Of a DNA stretch of 64,000 nt, positions 47,680-59,560 are shown in pieces. Location: assembly GCA_047150005.1 (NCBI GenBank), contig AP038806.1:2592001-2656000 (forward strand). Direction: 5' to 3'. A program made the translations under genes and the position numbers. Within the stretch, counting starts at the first letter, position 1. Each line of letters begins with the position of its first letter. Source of the DNA: Nitrospira sp. (GTDB lineage Bacteria; Nitrospirota; Nitrospiria; Nitrospirales; Nitrospiraceae). Below the pieces are notes generated by a model. That model ran no database searches, had not been told where the DNA came from, and saw only the letters and a program-made list of their open reading frames with translations.

Positions 47680-48591
47680 ATGGAACCCCAAGGCAAAATC
47701 TGGATGGACGGGGCGTTTGTCGATTGGGCGGACGCGAACGTCCACGTCCTCACGCATTCGCTGCATTACGGCTTGGCGGCATTTGAAGGATTGCGCTGCT
47801 ATCGAGGCAAGTCCGGTTCCGCCATTTTTCGGCTGCATGAGCACGTCGATCGGCTCTTCGACTCCGCGCATATCGGGATGATGACGATTCCCTACGACAA
47901 GAAGCAGGTCGCCGAGGCGATCGTCGAAACCGTTCGGATCAACAAGTTGGACGCGTGTTACATCCGCCCGCTGATCTATATCGGATATGGCGCGATGGGC
48001 GTGTATCCGGGCGACAATCCGATCAAATTGGCCATTGCGGCATGGAAGTGGGGGGCGTATCTGGGCGACGACGCGTTGGCCAATGGAATGCGGGCTCGGG
48101 TGTCCTCGTTCACCCGGCACCATGTCAATGTGTCGATGACGCGGGGCAAGATCTCCGGCTACTACGTCAATTCGATCCTCGCGAAGCGGGAAGCCAAGGC
48201 CGATGGCTATGATGAGGCCATCATGCTGGACCCTGAGGGCTATGTGTCGGAAGGCACGGGCGAGAACATTTTCATTGTGCGCAAGGGACGGCTCAAGACC
48301 ACCCCGTTGACCTCCATCCTTGAGGGGATCACCCGGAATTCCGTCATCGAACTGGCGAGAGAACGGGGCGTCGTCGTGCTGGAGGAGCGATTCACTCGAG
48401 ATGAGATGTATATTGCCGAAGAAGTGTTTGTGACGGGAACTGCCGCCGAATTGACTCCCGTTCGGGAGATCGACAATCGCCGAATCGGAAGCGGGAAGCC
48501 CGGCCCGATTACGACCGATCTGCAAAAGGCCTTCTTTTCCATCGTGCGCGGCGAGGATGCGGCCCATGCATCCTGGTTGACGCGCGTCTAA
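47680..48591 (+). CDS. ilvE: Branched-chain amino acid aminotransferase
   Basis: HSLHYG..FEG, EGTGENIF, LEGITR, TGTAAE. Confidence 0.95.
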   Translation: MEPQGKIWMDGAFVDWADANVHVLTHSLHYGLAAFEGLRCYRGKSGSAIFRLHEHVDRLFDSAHIGMMTIPYDKKQVAEAIVETVRINKLDACYIRPLIYIGYGAMGVYPGDNPIKLAIAAWKWGAYLGDDALANGMRARVSSFTRHHVNVSMTRGKISGYYVNSILAKREAKADGYDEAIMLDPEGYVSEGTGENIFIVRKGRLKTTPLTSILEGITRNSVIELARERGVVVLEERFTRDEMYIAEEVFVTGTAAELTPVREIDNRRIGSGKPGPITTDLQKAFFSIVRGEDAAHASWLTRV

Positions 48592-48636
48592 CCCGAACTC
48601 TTTTCACGATTTCAGCGATGCCGTGACAGGGTCAGT

Positions 48637-48668
48637 CCCCAGGACGGTACGTGATTACCGTCCTGGGG
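48637..48668. terminator. Hairpin between convergent ilvE and secG
   Basis: CCCCAGGACGGTA-CGTGAT-TACCGTCCTGGGG, 13-bp perfect stem, no clear U-tract. Confidence 0.55.
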
Positions 48669-48700
48669 TCGAGTGTCCGGACTTGGTTCCACGGATCCGG

Positions 48701-49051
48701 TCAGTGACCGGATGAGGAGGAACTGTCGGGTGAGTGGGAATCTCCGGCGGGTTTGTCGGCCGGAGCCGGTGAAGCCGGAGGAGCTTCCTTCTTGTTCAAA
48801 TCGATAACGGTGGAAGAAAAGGTATTGCTCTTGGCCAAAATGGCCAGGCTCAGAGAGGTGATCATGAACACGGCCGCCACCACCACCGTGAATTTGCTCA
48901 AGAAGTTGGCGGGGCCGCGGCTGCCGAACACGGTCTGGCTCGACCCGCCGAAGGCTGCGCCGATCTCCGCCCCCTTGCCGGACTGAAGCAAAATGGCGCC
49001 GATCATCAGGAAACAGGCAAGGACGTGAACGATGATGGTCAATGTGTGCAT
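48701..49051 (-). CDS. secG: Preprotein translocase subunit SecG
   Basis: ILLQSGKGAEIGAAFGG. Confidence 0.95.
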   Translation of the reverse strand: MHTLTIIVHVLACFLMIGAILLQSGKGAEIGAAFGGSSQTVFGSRGPANFLSKFTVVVAAVFMITSLSLAILAKSNTFSSTVIDLNKKEAPPASPAPADKPAGDSHSPDSSSSSGH

Positions 49052-49065
49052 GCGGCTCCAGAATT

Positions 49066-49839
49066 TTAGGGGATTGGCTTGCGTTTCGCTGCGGCGATGA
49101 TCTTAACAAACGAATCCGGATTGAGACAAGCCCCGCCGACGAGTGCCCCGTCGATGTCGGATGCGTCGAGCAGCGAGGCGGCGTTTTGAGCTGTGACGCT
49201 GCCGCCATAGAGGATCCGCATCACCGCAGCCGCGTCGTCATTCCAGCTCTTGGCCAGGAAGGCCCGGATCGAGCGGTGAACGGCGGTGGCTTGGGCAACC
49301 GTTGCCGCTCGTCCCGTCCCGATCGCCCACACCGGTTCGTACGCGATAGTGACGGCCTTGAGGTCCTCGGCTGTGAGCTGATCCAAGCCGGAGGAAAGTT
49401 GCTCCTCGATGATGCGCTCCGTTTGTTCCGTCTCGCGCTCCGTCAGCGATTCGCCGACGCAGAGAATCGGTCGAAGACCGCATGTCACCGCCGCTTGGAC
49501 CTTTTTCTGGACGTCTGCGTTGCGTTCCCCGAACAGCGTGCGCCGCTCCGAGTGCCCCACGATCACATAACGGCATCCCAGGTCGAGCAGCATGACACCG
49601 GAGATCTCACCGGTGAAGGCCCCCTGTCGCTCCCAATGAAGACTCTGTGCTCCGAGCCCGATCCGAGAGGTCGGTCCCAGTGCCGACCGGACGGATTCCA
49701 GCGCGGTGAACGGCGGGGCGAGCACGACTTCGGCATCGGTGGAGGCTTCGACCAATTGCTGAAAGTCGCGAACAAAGGTCCGGGCTTCCGAAGCCGTCTT
49801 GTTCATCTTCCAATTGCCGACGATCAGCGGTGTTCGCAC
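49066..49839 (-). CDS. tpiA: Triosephosphate isomerase
   Basis: GNWKM, GHSERR, AYEPVWAIGTG. Confidence 0.97.
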   Translation of the reverse strand: MRTPLIVGNWKMNKTASEARTFVRDFQQLVEASTDAEVVLAPPFTALESVRSALGPTSRIGLGAQSLHWERQGAFTGEISGVMLLDLGCRYVIVGHSERRTLFGERNADVQKKVQAAVTCGLRPILCVGESLTERETEQTERIIEEQLSSGLDQLTAEDLKAVTIAYEPVWAIGTGRAATVAQATAVHRSIRAFLAKSWNDDAAAVMRILYGGSVTAQNAASLLDASDIDGALVGGACLNPDSFVKIIAAAKRKPIP

Positions 49840-49880
49840 GGGATGTCCTGACGCTGGGACGGTTCAAGCGGAACGGTCGG

Positions 49881-51080
49881 TCAATCTTTCCGCTCGGGAA
49901 GGGCGGTCAGGCCGGGAAGCTGTTTTCCCTCGAGCAGTTCGAGCGCGGCGCCGCCGCCTGTGGAAATAAACGAGATATTTTCAGATTCCCCCGCTCGGTG
50001 TACGGCCATGGCCGTCTCGCCACCGCCTACGATCGTCAGCGCGTAGGCGTCGGCGACGGCGTGAGCGACCGAGAGCGTCCCTCTGGCGTAGGCGTCGATC
50101 TCGAACACACCCATCGGTCCGTTCCAGAGGATCGTCTTGGCGTTTTGGACAGCCTCACGGAACAGTTTGACCGAGGCGGGGCCGATATCGAGGGCGTACC
50201 ACCCCTTGGGAATCTCCTGGACCGGCACGATCTTCGTTTCGGCGCCGGGCTCGCGGCTGGCGGCCACGACGCAATCCACCGGCAGATAGAATTTGACGCC
50301 TCGCGAGAGCGCATGATCCTCGATGCCCTTGGCGAAGTCCAGCATGTCATTTTCGACCAGCGAGTTTCCGATTTCGAGCCCTTTGGCCTTGAGGAACGTG
50401 AAGGCCATTCCACCGCCGATAATGACCTTGTCCACGCGCTTTCCCAGGTTCTCGATGACGCCGATCTTGCCCGACACTTTGGCGCCGCCGAGAATGGCGA
50501 CGAAAGGGCGAACCGGATTGGCCACCGCTCCTTCGAGATACTCGATTTCCTTCTTCAGGAGGAAGCCGGCCGCCGAAGCGGGAATGAACTTGGTGATGCC
50601 GACGGTGGACGCATGGGCCCGGTGGGCGGCGCCGAATGCGTCGTTGATATACACGTCGCCCAGCGACGCGAGCGCCTTGGAAAAGTTTTCGTCGTTCTTT
50701 TCTTCACCCTCGTGAAAGCGGAGATTCTCCAGGAGCATGACGTCGCCTGGGTTCATTTTTGCGACGAGCCCCTCGACGGCGGGGCCGATGCAGTCCGGCG
50801 CAAAAATCACATTCTTTCCCAGAAGCCTGCCCAGCCGTTTGGCGATTGGCGCCAGACTGTATTTCGGGTCGAACCGGCTTTTCGGACGGCCCAGATGCGA
50901 ACATAAAATGACCTTGCCCCCGTCGTCGACGACGCGATTGATGGTGGGAAGGGTTGAGCGGATTCGGGTGTCGTCCGTGATCTGCAAGGAATCGTCGAGC
51001 GGAACGTTGAAGTCCGCGCGGATGATCACCCGTTTGCCGCTCAGTGTGAGGTCGTCAATGGTTTGCTTGTGGAGATTCAT
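49881..51080 (-). CDS. pgk: Phosphoglycerate kinase
   Basis: RADFNVP, SHLGRP, WNGPMGVFE, STGGGA. Confidence 0.97.
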   Translation of the reverse strand: MNLHKQTIDDLTLSGKRVIIRADFNVPLDDSLQITDDTRIRSTLPTINRVVDDGGKVILCSHLGRPKSRFDPKYSLAPIAKRLGRLLGKNVIFAPDCIGPAVEGLVAKMNPGDVMLLENLRFHEGEEKNDENFSKALASLGDVYINDAFGAAHRAHASTVGITKFIPASAAGFLLKKEIEYLEGAVANPVRPFVAILGGAKVSGKIGVIENLGKRVDKVIIGGGMAFTFLKAKGLEIGNSLVENDMLDFAKGIEDHALSRGVKFYLPVDCVVAASREPGAETKIVPVQEIPKGWYALDIGPASVKLFREAVQNAKTILWNGPMGVFEIDAYARGTLSVAHAVADAYALTIVGGGETAMAVHRAGESENISFISTGGGAALELLEGKQLPGLTALPERKD

Positions 51081-51148
51081 GGCTGATCGTTACTTTGGGT
51101 CTGGGCCCCCAAGGAAAATGGGGGTGGAACGGAATCAGTTCACGGGCA

Positions 51149-52291
<1,143 letters not shown>

Positions 52292-52409
52292 TCAGGGCGG
52301 ATTGCGGGAATTTAGGTGTGGGCTCGACGCCGCTTCCCGGAGTGACTTGCGTCCGCAGCATGGCCGTAGGTAGAGTCCGCCCGTGATGAGTATGCCACGG
52401 CGATCCACT

Positions 52410-54821
52410 ATGGCCGAACTCACGACTCGAGTGCTCGAATGGAACGCCCTCCTGGAGGTCCTCGCGACGCATGCCCGCTCTCCAATGGGGGTTGCCCGTT
52501 GCGGCTCTCTGGTCTTGACGGCCGATATCCAAGCGGCCCGGAGGCGACAGCAGGAAACCTGGGAGATGGTGCAGCTTCAGGACAGTCTCGATCCCATGCC
52601 TGCTCTTTCTTTCCCCGATGTTCGTGAGCCGCTGTCCCGGGCAAGCAAAGGAGCGGCATTGGATGCTCATGAGCTGCGAGATCACACGGTGGTCCTCTCT
52701 TTGTGGTCGGAGATTTTCCGGTATATGCGACGACATGGGCGGGAGGCGCCTGCATTGGCGACGGCGGCAGCCACTCTGGAAACGCTTCCTGAATTGGGAG
52801 CCATCATTGCCGCCCTGGAGGAGGCCATTCACATCGATGGATCGATGAAGGAGTCCGCGTCACCCGGACTGCTTCGGCTGACGCATCAGGCCAACGATCT
52901 GAAGCAGCGGACCCGGCATCGGCTCGACGACCTCCTTCGTTCTCAATCCTATGAGGAGATTTTACAGGAGCCGTATTTCGATCAACGCGAGGGGCGCTAT
53001 GTGTTGCCGATCAAGGCTGGTCTGCAAGGGCGCGTCTCAGGAATCGTGCATGATGTCTCGTCCAGCGGAGCAACCGTGTTTTTTGAGCCACGCGAATTGG
53101 TGGAACTGAACAATGCCATCAAGCTTGCCGAACTGGAAATCGATCGGGAGGCGAGGAGGATTCTCAGGGAACTGTCCGGTCTGATTGCTGCGCAAGCGGA
53201 AAGAATTGGAGCCGGCCTCGAGGTGTTGGCCGAATTGGATGAGATCGCCGCACGGGCGTCATTCAGCCGCCGCATGGGGGCTCAGCCTGTGGCGTTGAAC
53301 ACCGATGGACTGATCCGTGTCAAAGGGGCGAAACACCCTTTGTTGATCCTGTCGAGAGATCACGTGATCGCCAACGACATTGTGTTGGACGAGACGGTCA
53401 AAGTCCTGATCATCTCTGGTCCGAACACGGGCGGGAAAACGGTCACGCTCAAGATTCTCGGTCTGTTCGCCTTGATGGTCCAGGCGGGGTTGCTGCTTCC
53501 TTGCGAGGCGGAGTCCGACATGGCGGTCTTTTCAGCCGTCTATGCGGATATCGGGGATGCGCAGGATTTGGCGCACGACCTGTCGAGTTTTTCCGCCCAT
53601 ATGACGCAGATGATCGGGTTGTTGCGAGAGGCGGAACAGGCCGGTGACTCCCACTCCGGACCGCAGGCCTCCCCGGCGCTGGTGTTGCTCGACGAACCGG
53701 TCACCTCGACGGATCCGACCGAAGGGGCTGCCTTGGCGGAGGCGCTGCTGTGTCGTCTTGCGGCGCTGGGGATGAAGGTCGTGGCCACGACGCATTACCG
53801 GTCTCTGAAGGCTTTGGCGCAGACCAAGGCGGGATTCGCCAATGCCAGCGTGGGGTTCGACTTGGCGACGCTCTCGCCGACCTATCAGTTGTTCCTCGGT
53901 ATGCCAGGCGGGTCCTCGGCCCTCGAGATCGCCGGTCGACTGGGTATGGACCAAGCCGTACTGGATGACGCCAGGCAGAAGTTGGGGCAAGAGGACCGGG
54001 CGTTCGAACGGATGTTAAGCGATCTGCATGGCAAGCAACGCCAATTGGCCGAGGACCTCACTCGAATCTCAGAGTCAAGGACCCAAGCGGAAGAGGCCGC
54101 TCGGCTGGCCAAAGGAGAGCTGGCCCGGTTGGAATCGACCGAGCGGGAGGCGAAGAAGAGCATCAGGAAAAAACTACAAGATCAGTTTAGCCGCGCGAGA
54201 GCCGAGGTGCAGGCGACGGTCGACGAGGCGAAACGAGAGCAGAAGCTCATGACGGCGCAGGCGGCGAAGCGACGGCTCGCTGAACTGGAAGCACAGTCGC
54301 GTGAAGCTCTGGAGCCGGAGCGGGTTCGAGTCCCGATCGAACAGCTGAAGGTCGGCGATCTGGTCGAGATCGGGGGGCTCAGCACGATCGGAACGCTGCT
54401 CGAATCACCCCTCGGCAAGAAGCGCGTCCGCGTGAGAGTCGGAGAAGGGGAGGTGTCTGCTCTGTGTGCCGGGTTGATCGGGGTCGTTCAGGATGCCGGA
54501 GGCGGGAAGGACGTTTCACCCGTTCGACCGGTCCCGCTTGCGGTCACGACACGGCCGCGTGCCTATCATGCTTCTGAACAGAGCGTCGTGGATGTGCGGG
54601 GCAAGACGGCGGACGAGGCGCTGCAGGAAGTTGTGGCGGTCTTGGATCGAGCGGCATTGGCGGGCGCGCCCCTCGTCCGGGTGATTCACGGACACGGAAC
54701 CGGCCGCCTAAAGGCTGCCGTGCGGGACTATCTCGGTCGCTCGCCCTACGTCAAAGATTTCCGATCCGGAGATCGATCGGAAGGAGGAGACGGTGTCACC
54801 GTGGCGCGACTGCGCGAATGA
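52410..54821 (+). CDS. mutS2: Endonuclease MutS2
   Basis: SGPNTGGKT, LSSFSAH, C-terminal Smr domain (IHGHGTG). Confidence 0.93.
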   Translation: MAELTTRVLEWNALLEVLATHARSPMGVARCGSLVLTADIQAARRRQQETWEMVQLQDSLDPMPALSFPDVREPLSRASKGAALDAHELRDHTVVLSLWSEIFRYMRRHGREAPALATAAATLETLPELGAIIAALEEAIHIDGSMKESASPGLLRLTHQANDLKQRTRHRLDDLLRSQSYEEILQEPYFDQREGRYVLPIKAGLQGRVSGIVHDVSSSGATVFFEPRELVELNNAIKLAELEIDREARRILRELSGLIAAQAERIGAGLEVLAELDEIAARASFSRRMGAQPVALNTDGLIRVKGAKHPLLILSRDHVIANDIVLDETVKVLIISGPNTGGKTVTLKILGLFALMVQAGLLLPCEAESDMAVFSAVYADIGDAQDLAHDLSSFSAHMTQMIGLLREAEQAGDSHSGPQASPALVLLDEPVTSTDPTEGAALAEALLCRLAALGMKVVATTHYRSLKALAQTKAGFANASVGFDLATLSPTYQLFLGMPGGSSALEIAGRLGMDQAVLDDARQKLGQEDRAFERMLSDLHGKQRQLAEDLTRISESRTQAEEAARLAKGELARLESTEREAKKSIRKKLQDQFSRARAEVQATVDEAKREQKLMTAQAAKRRLAELEAQSREALEPERVRVPIEQLKVGDLVEIGGLSTIGTLLESPLGKKRVRVRVGEGEVSALCAGLIGVVQDAGGGKDVSPVRPVPLAVTTRPRAYHASEQSVVDVRGKTADEALQEVVAVLDRAALAGAPLVRVIHGHGTGRLKAAVRDYLGRSPYVKDFRSGDRSEGGDGVTVARLRE

Positions 54822-54862
54822 TCGGGAAGAAGGACGTTCACCGGCTATAATCAACGATGCGG

Positions 54863-56233
54863 TCAACAGAGATGGTATTTGGCCATGCGATACCGCAAGG
54901 TATTTCTTGTCAGTTTGAGAAGGCGACTGGCTTCGGAAATGTTCCCTCCCGCCTGGTGCAGCGCCTCCATCAGCATTTTCTTCTCCATGTCCTGCAGGGA
55001 AAGACCGAACGCCAGCAATGAGGGTTTGGGTTGACCGTCCGGAAGGTCTCCATTGGTGCGGGGTGTCCGCCCGTCGGTGCTCGAAAAAGAGGCCGGGAGA
55101 TGCTCAGGGAGGATCGTTGGATTCTTGCAAGTGATCGTCAACCCTTCCACGACGTTGTGCAGTTCCCGGACGTTGCCGGGCCAATCATGTCGGCGCAGCA
55201 ATTCGATAGCCGCAGGACTGACACCTGGAACGCGACGACCGCGGTCGCGACGAATCGTGTCCAAGAAGTGCCGGACCAGCGGTTCGATATCGTCGGGCCG
55301 TTCACGCAAGGGCGGAATCCTCAACTGATACACGTTCAACCGGTAATACAGGTCCAGACGAAACTTTCCCGCCTTAATGTGAGCCGGAAGGTCCTCGTTG
55401 GTCGCGGCGACGACGCGGATGTCGACCGGAATGTCGCGCGTATCGCCCAGCGGACTGATCACGTGGTCCTCGAGAACCCGTAGGAGCTTGGCCTGTGCCA
55501 TGGGGCTGACTTCGCCGATTTCGTCCAGAAACAGCGTGCCTCCCTCGGCGGCTTGGAAACGTCCGAGCTTGGGCTGTTTGGCGTCAGTAAAGGCTCCTCG
55601 CTGGTATCCGAACAACTCCGATTCCATCAGGTGTTCGGGGATTCCCGCGCAGTTCAACGCGACGAACGGTCCTTTGGATCGCGGGCCCGCCGCGTGGATG
55701 GCATGGGCGAAGAGCTCCTTGCCTGTTCCACTTTCTCCGGTGATCAGCACGGTCGCGTCCGTTGCGGCGACTTCGGCCGCCAGATGCTTGACCAGCCGCA
55801 TTTGGGGGGACACGCTGACGATCCGGTCGAAACCCGACGGTGTGGTTGCGGGCGCTTGGTCGGCAGCGGCCGTGATCTGCATCCGAAGGAGGGTTGTATG
55901 GACATCGGCTTGCTTCAACGGGTTGACCAGATAATCCGCCGCTCCCAACTGCAACGCTTCCACTGCAGCCCGTGCCGAGTCCTCGGCACCCACGACCACG
56001 ATCGGAGTCAAGGGAGCCACGTTTCGAAATCGCGCGAACATGGAGACTAACGGCAGGCTCTGCCGGTGCTCATCGAAGATGATGCAGTTAAAACTTGTCC
56101 GCTGCCCGAGTATGTGAAGGCCTTCCTCCAACGTGGAGGCGAACTGCAGGGTGATATTCAGGTCCGAGACGGATTTCTCGAGGATCGTCTTCGTCGAAGG
56201 ATTGCTCGAAATGACGAGAAGCAGAGGAGGCAT
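54863..56233 (-). CDS. Sigma-54-dependent Fis-family regulator with degenerate receiver domain
   Basis: GESGTGKE, GAFTDA, WPGNVREL, C-terminal HTH. Confidence 0.92.
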   Translation of the reverse strand: MPPLLLVISSNPSTKTILEKSVSDLNITLQFASTLEEGLHILGQRTSFNCIIFDEHRQSLPLVSMFARFRNVAPLTPIVVVGAEDSARAAVEALQLGAADYLVNPLKQADVHTTLLRMQITAAADQAPATTPSGFDRIVSVSPQMRLVKHLAAEVAATDATVLITGESGTGKELFAHAIHAAGPRSKGPFVALNCAGIPEHLMESELFGYQRGAFTDAKQPKLGRFQAAEGGTLFLDEIGEVSPMAQAKLLRVLEDHVISPLGDTRDIPVDIRVVAATNEDLPAHIKAGKFRLDLYYRLNVYQLRIPPLRERPDDIEPLVRHFLDTIRRDRGRRVPGVSPAAIELLRRHDWPGNVRELHNVVEGLTITCKNPTILPEHLPASFSSTDGRTPRTNGDLPDGQPKPSLLAFGLSLQDMEKKMLMEALHQAGGNISEASRLLKLTRNTLRYRMAKYHLC

Positions 56234-56286
56234 AAGGCACTGCTGTTGTGGTCGATAGCCGTTGCGCCGCCTCGTTGAGCCTACTC

Positions 56287-57267
56287 CTATTCGATTGGGG
56301 ATGAAAGGGGGGGCTTCTTCGTATGGCGGGTCTCGTTCTGCTGAGCAATGGCCACGTTGCGCAGCAATCCGTCCCTCTTCGCCCGGCGGACCGGGCTGTC
56401 ACGGAATCGCTCCGTGAAGGCGGCTTCGGTCAACTCGGCCAATTCCGACAGGCGCGGGGCCAGAGAGACGGGCGTCGGGGAAAACGCCGTATCCGCTTTC
56501 CCTTCGGCTTGCAGATTGAACGGACAGACATCGAGACAGTCATCGCACCCGAAGATATGGTTGCCCATCCGTTGCCGTATTTCGTGTGCGATCATGTCTC
56601 CGGTGCCCCGGAATTCGATCGTGAGATAAGAAATGCAGCGCCGCGCATCGACGACATACGGCTCGACGATCGCCCCGGTCGGACAGGCCTGAATACAGAG
56701 ACGGCAGCTGCCGCAGAGGTCGGTCGCGGCTTCGTCGGGTGTCAGTTCCAGCGTGGTCAGCACTTCCCCGAGCAACAGCCAGGAGCCGTGTTGTGCTGAC
56801 ACGAGATTGGAGTGTTTGCCGATCCATCCCAGGCCGGCCTGCTGGGCCCAGGCTTTCTCCATGACGGGGCCGGTATCGACGTAGAGACGGGTCTCCGCCT
56901 CGGGTGCCAAGGCTTTGATCCGGCTCTCCAGCCGGGTGAGACGGTCTCCGAGCGTGCGATGATAATCCCGTCCCCATGCGTAGCGGGCGATGCGTCCGAA
57001 CCCTGGTCCTTCGGTTGCCCGGTGTCCCGTGTCGTAATTGAGCCCCACGGACACGATGGAGCGGCAGTTGGGCAGGACCACCGTCGGGTCGGCCCGGCGA
57101 GACGGGTCCCGCGCCAGCCAGGCCATCGTCCCGTGATAGCGGCGAGCCAACCACTCCTCCAGTCGATCGAGCAGGGTTGCCGAATTGGCTTGAGCGACCG
57201 AGCAGATTCCGACGGCGTCAAAGCCCAGAGCGATCGCTTCCTGCCGGATCACCGCCGAGAGCGACAT
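56287..57267 (-). CDS. queG: Epoxyqueuosine reductase
   Basis: ARYAWGRDYH, VDTGP, CGSCRLCIQACP, GCDDCLDVCP. Confidence 0.95.
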   Translation of the reverse strand: MSLSAVIRQEAIALGFDAVGICSVAQANSATLLDRLEEWLARRYHGTMAWLARDPSRRADPTVVLPNCRSIVSVGLNYDTGHRATEGPGFGRIARYAWGRDYHRTLGDRLTRLESRIKALAPEAETRLYVDTGPVMEKAWAQQAGLGWIGKHSNLVSAQHGSWLLLGEVLTTLELTPDEAATDLCGSCRLCIQACPTGAIVEPYVVDARRCISYLTIEFRGTGDMIAHEIRQRMGNHIFGCDDCLDVCPFNLQAEGKADTAFSPTPVSLAPRLSELAELTEAAFTERFRDSPVRRAKRDGLLRNVAIAQQNETRHTKKPPLSSPIE

Positions 57268-57269
57268 GG

Positions 57270-57635
57270 CTAACGTTGTGTGCAGTCAAATCGAACGATG
57301 AATTGGACGGAACAATGCTCGGTGCCGCAGCGTCCGCACGTACCGGTGATCCTGGTTTTCCAGTCGGTGTGTTTTTCGTGAAACTGACAGGTCATTTTGC
57401 CGCCCTTGGAAATCGTCGTCCAGGGCTTGGTCGTACCGGGAATGCGGGCGACGAGGCAGCCGGCCGGTATCGGGACCTGGCAATGTTGGGAAGCCTCTCC
57501 CTTCGCCATCCCGAAGCTGCAGGACTGCTCCGTTGTGGCCGTGAAATCGGAGGGGCTTTGAGCCGTAGCGGTGGAAGAGGGCCAGGCCCACAGGATGAGC
57601 AGCGCGCAGCTCAGCAATCGGTATGAGGAGTGCAT
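57270..57635 (-). CDS. Secreted cysteine-rich hypothetical protein
   Basis: Signal-peptide-like N-terminus, 8 Cys in the mature part, extended -10 just upstream. Confidence 0.6.
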   Translation of the reverse strand: MHSSYRLLSCALLILWAWPSSTATAQSPSDFTATTEQSCSFGMAKGEASQHCQVPIPAGCLVARIPGTTKPWTTISKGGKMTCQFHEKHTDWKTRITGTCGRCGTEHCSVQFIVRFDCTQR

Positions 57636-57867
57636 CCTGGCGATGGTAGCACAGCGTCCGAGCTTGCGGCTATGGACGACTCTGCGTAGAATCTCGCCCG
57701 GGCGTTGAATGGACCCCAACGGCGTGCAGCACGGATCCGCCGTCGGCGAGCACGCTCCAGGACGGCGTGAGCGAGCCTGTCTGTATTGTTGCTCACCGCG
57801 TCAGCCTGAATGAACGATGTGCATCCCGCATGTGTGGTGACGACAGATAATCCTTGGGGGAGGAACC

Positions 57868-58980
57868 ATGCTGGCCACGCGGATTCGTCAGAAGGAAGGC
57901 ATGTTTTACTTCATCGGATACAACGCGGCCGATCTGCTTGCGAAGGTGCAGTTCACCAGCCGGTATTACTTCGAAGGCGAGGAGCTCTCGGAAGCGAAAC
58001 TTTCCGAGCACGACGACGTCGCGCAGTTCATCGCCGGGATCGAGCGGAGCGAAAAGGGCTTTCAACGTTTGCTGAATCGACAGAAGGTCAAACAGATCGT
58101 GAATTTTTATGAAACGGTGGTGGCGCAGCCCATGATTCCCGGGACGGTGCTGCTTTTCACCGACGAAACACTCCGTTTTCAGCGCGCCGGCGAACATGAA
58201 TCCATCGGCCATCTGAGCGAGCCGAAGGGAAAGTATCTGATCATCGACGGGCAGCACCGGCTCGCCGGGCTGCACTTTTTTCAACAACGCCATCCGGATC
58301 AGATCGACAAGGTGGAGGTCCCCTGCATTCTCTTCGACGGCAGAACCGCGGAGTTCGCCACCGAGATGTTCGTCATCATCAACAGCACGCACACGCGGAT
58401 CAACCGATCGCATCTCGTGGATCTCTATGAGAAGGTGTCGTGGGAAAGTCCCGAGAAGAAATTCGCCGCCAAGGTCGTCAATCTGCTCTATGGGGAATCG
58501 GACTCTCCGCTGCAATACAAGATCAATCGGTTGGGCGGACGAAGCAAACAAGAAAAGTGGATCCTGCAGTCCGAAATCTTCAACGAATTGCTCAAAGTCG
58601 TGACGGCCCACAAGCGATGGATCGAATCCCATTTTGGCATGAATCCGGAGCGATGTTATGGGCTGGTGCGGGACTATCTCAAGGGCGTCAAAGACGTCAT
58701 GCAGGATGTGTGGGGGCAGAACGAGCGGTACATGTTCACCCGCGACGTCACGCTGAAGGCGCTCATTCGGGTGCTCGACGACATCGTCGTCGATCGAAAG
58801 CTGATCAACGACTGGGAGTCACAGCGGTCGGCCAAGCCGTTCGCCGATCTCGTCAGACCGTGGGCGGCGCTGGGAAAAGAATTCAGGGCCGAGGGATTCT
58901 ATGAGCGGTTTCCGGCAAAAGGCCAGCTGGAGCGCGTGCGAAGGATTCACCAACGGCTTCTGGATGCGATTATCGGGTAG
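57868..58980 (+). CDS. DGQHR-domain protein (DndB/ParB-like superfamily)
   Basis: GFQRLLN, IIDGQHRLAG, MFVIINS. Confidence 0.88.
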   Translation: MLATRIRQKEGMFYFIGYNAADLLAKVQFTSRYYFEGEELSEAKLSEHDDVAQFIAGIERSEKGFQRLLNRQKVKQIVNFYETVVAQPMIPGTVLLFTDETLRFQRAGEHESIGHLSEPKGKYLIIDGQHRLAGLHFFQQRHPDQIDKVEVPCILFDGRTAEFATEMFVIINSTHTRINRSHLVDLYEKVSWESPEKKFAAKVVNLLYGESDSPLQYKINRLGGRSKQEKWILQSEIFNELLKVVTAHKRWIESHFGMNPERCYGLVRDYLKGVKDVMQDVWGQNERYMFTRDVTLKALIRVLDDIVVDRKLINDWESQRSAKPFADLVRPWAALGKEFRAEGFYERFPAKGQLERVRRIHQRLLDAIIG

Positions 58981-59560
58981 TCGGAGCCTCGCGCCGGTGT
59001 TCACCCTTCTGGCGTTGACGTGTGCGATCGGATGGCCCGAGATTGCCGTTCCATCCGCCGGCGCCGCGACAGATTCGGATGAGCTTGAAGTCAGAACCGA
59101 GCCGGATGGTGGAGTCCGGGCGACGGCGAGGATCGTCTTCGACGCCAGGCCCGGTGTACTGTTCGCCATCCTGACGGATTATGCGCACTGGCCGGAGTTG
59201 TTCGAGGTGCGCATGAGGCTGGTGGACCTCAAGATTCGAGATGGCATTGCCAGGACCGACCTTCGCATCGAGCACGCCCTGCTGCCCGGCGAACGGCGCC
59301 TGGTCACGGAGTCACGGACGGTTGCGGATCGCAGTATCGTCACCGACCTCCTGGAGGGCGATTTCAAACGGTACCATCGCGCCTGGAGGTTGAGCCCCGC
59401 GGACGGAGGCGCACATACACTGGCAGAATTTCAGCTGCTTGTCGCAATCGACTCGATGGTGCCGGACTGGCTGGTCTCCATCGCCATGCGGCGTGAATTG
59501 GAGTCGCACTTCCGGATCGTCAAGAAGAAGGCAATGGAGCGGGCTGGGGCGGAAAGATGA
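58964..59560 (+). CDS. SRPBCC/START-like protein, probably exported
   Basis: LFAILTDYAHWPELF, GDFKRY...W.L pattern; hydrophobic N-terminus. Confidence 0.7.
   Translation: MRLSGSRSLAPVFTLLALTCAIGWPEIAVPSAGAATDSDELEVRTEPDGGVRATARIVFDARPGVLFAILTDYAHWPELFEVRMRLVDLKIRDGIARTDLRIEHALLPGERRLVTESRTVADRSIVTDLLEGDFKRYHRAWRLSPADGGAHTLAEFQLLVAIDSMVPDWLVSIAMRRELESHFRIVKKKAMERAGAER

Noticed and set aside
48592..48700. tRNA downstream of secG
   Set aside because: Only a simple hairpin; no cloverleaf, T-arm or CCA.
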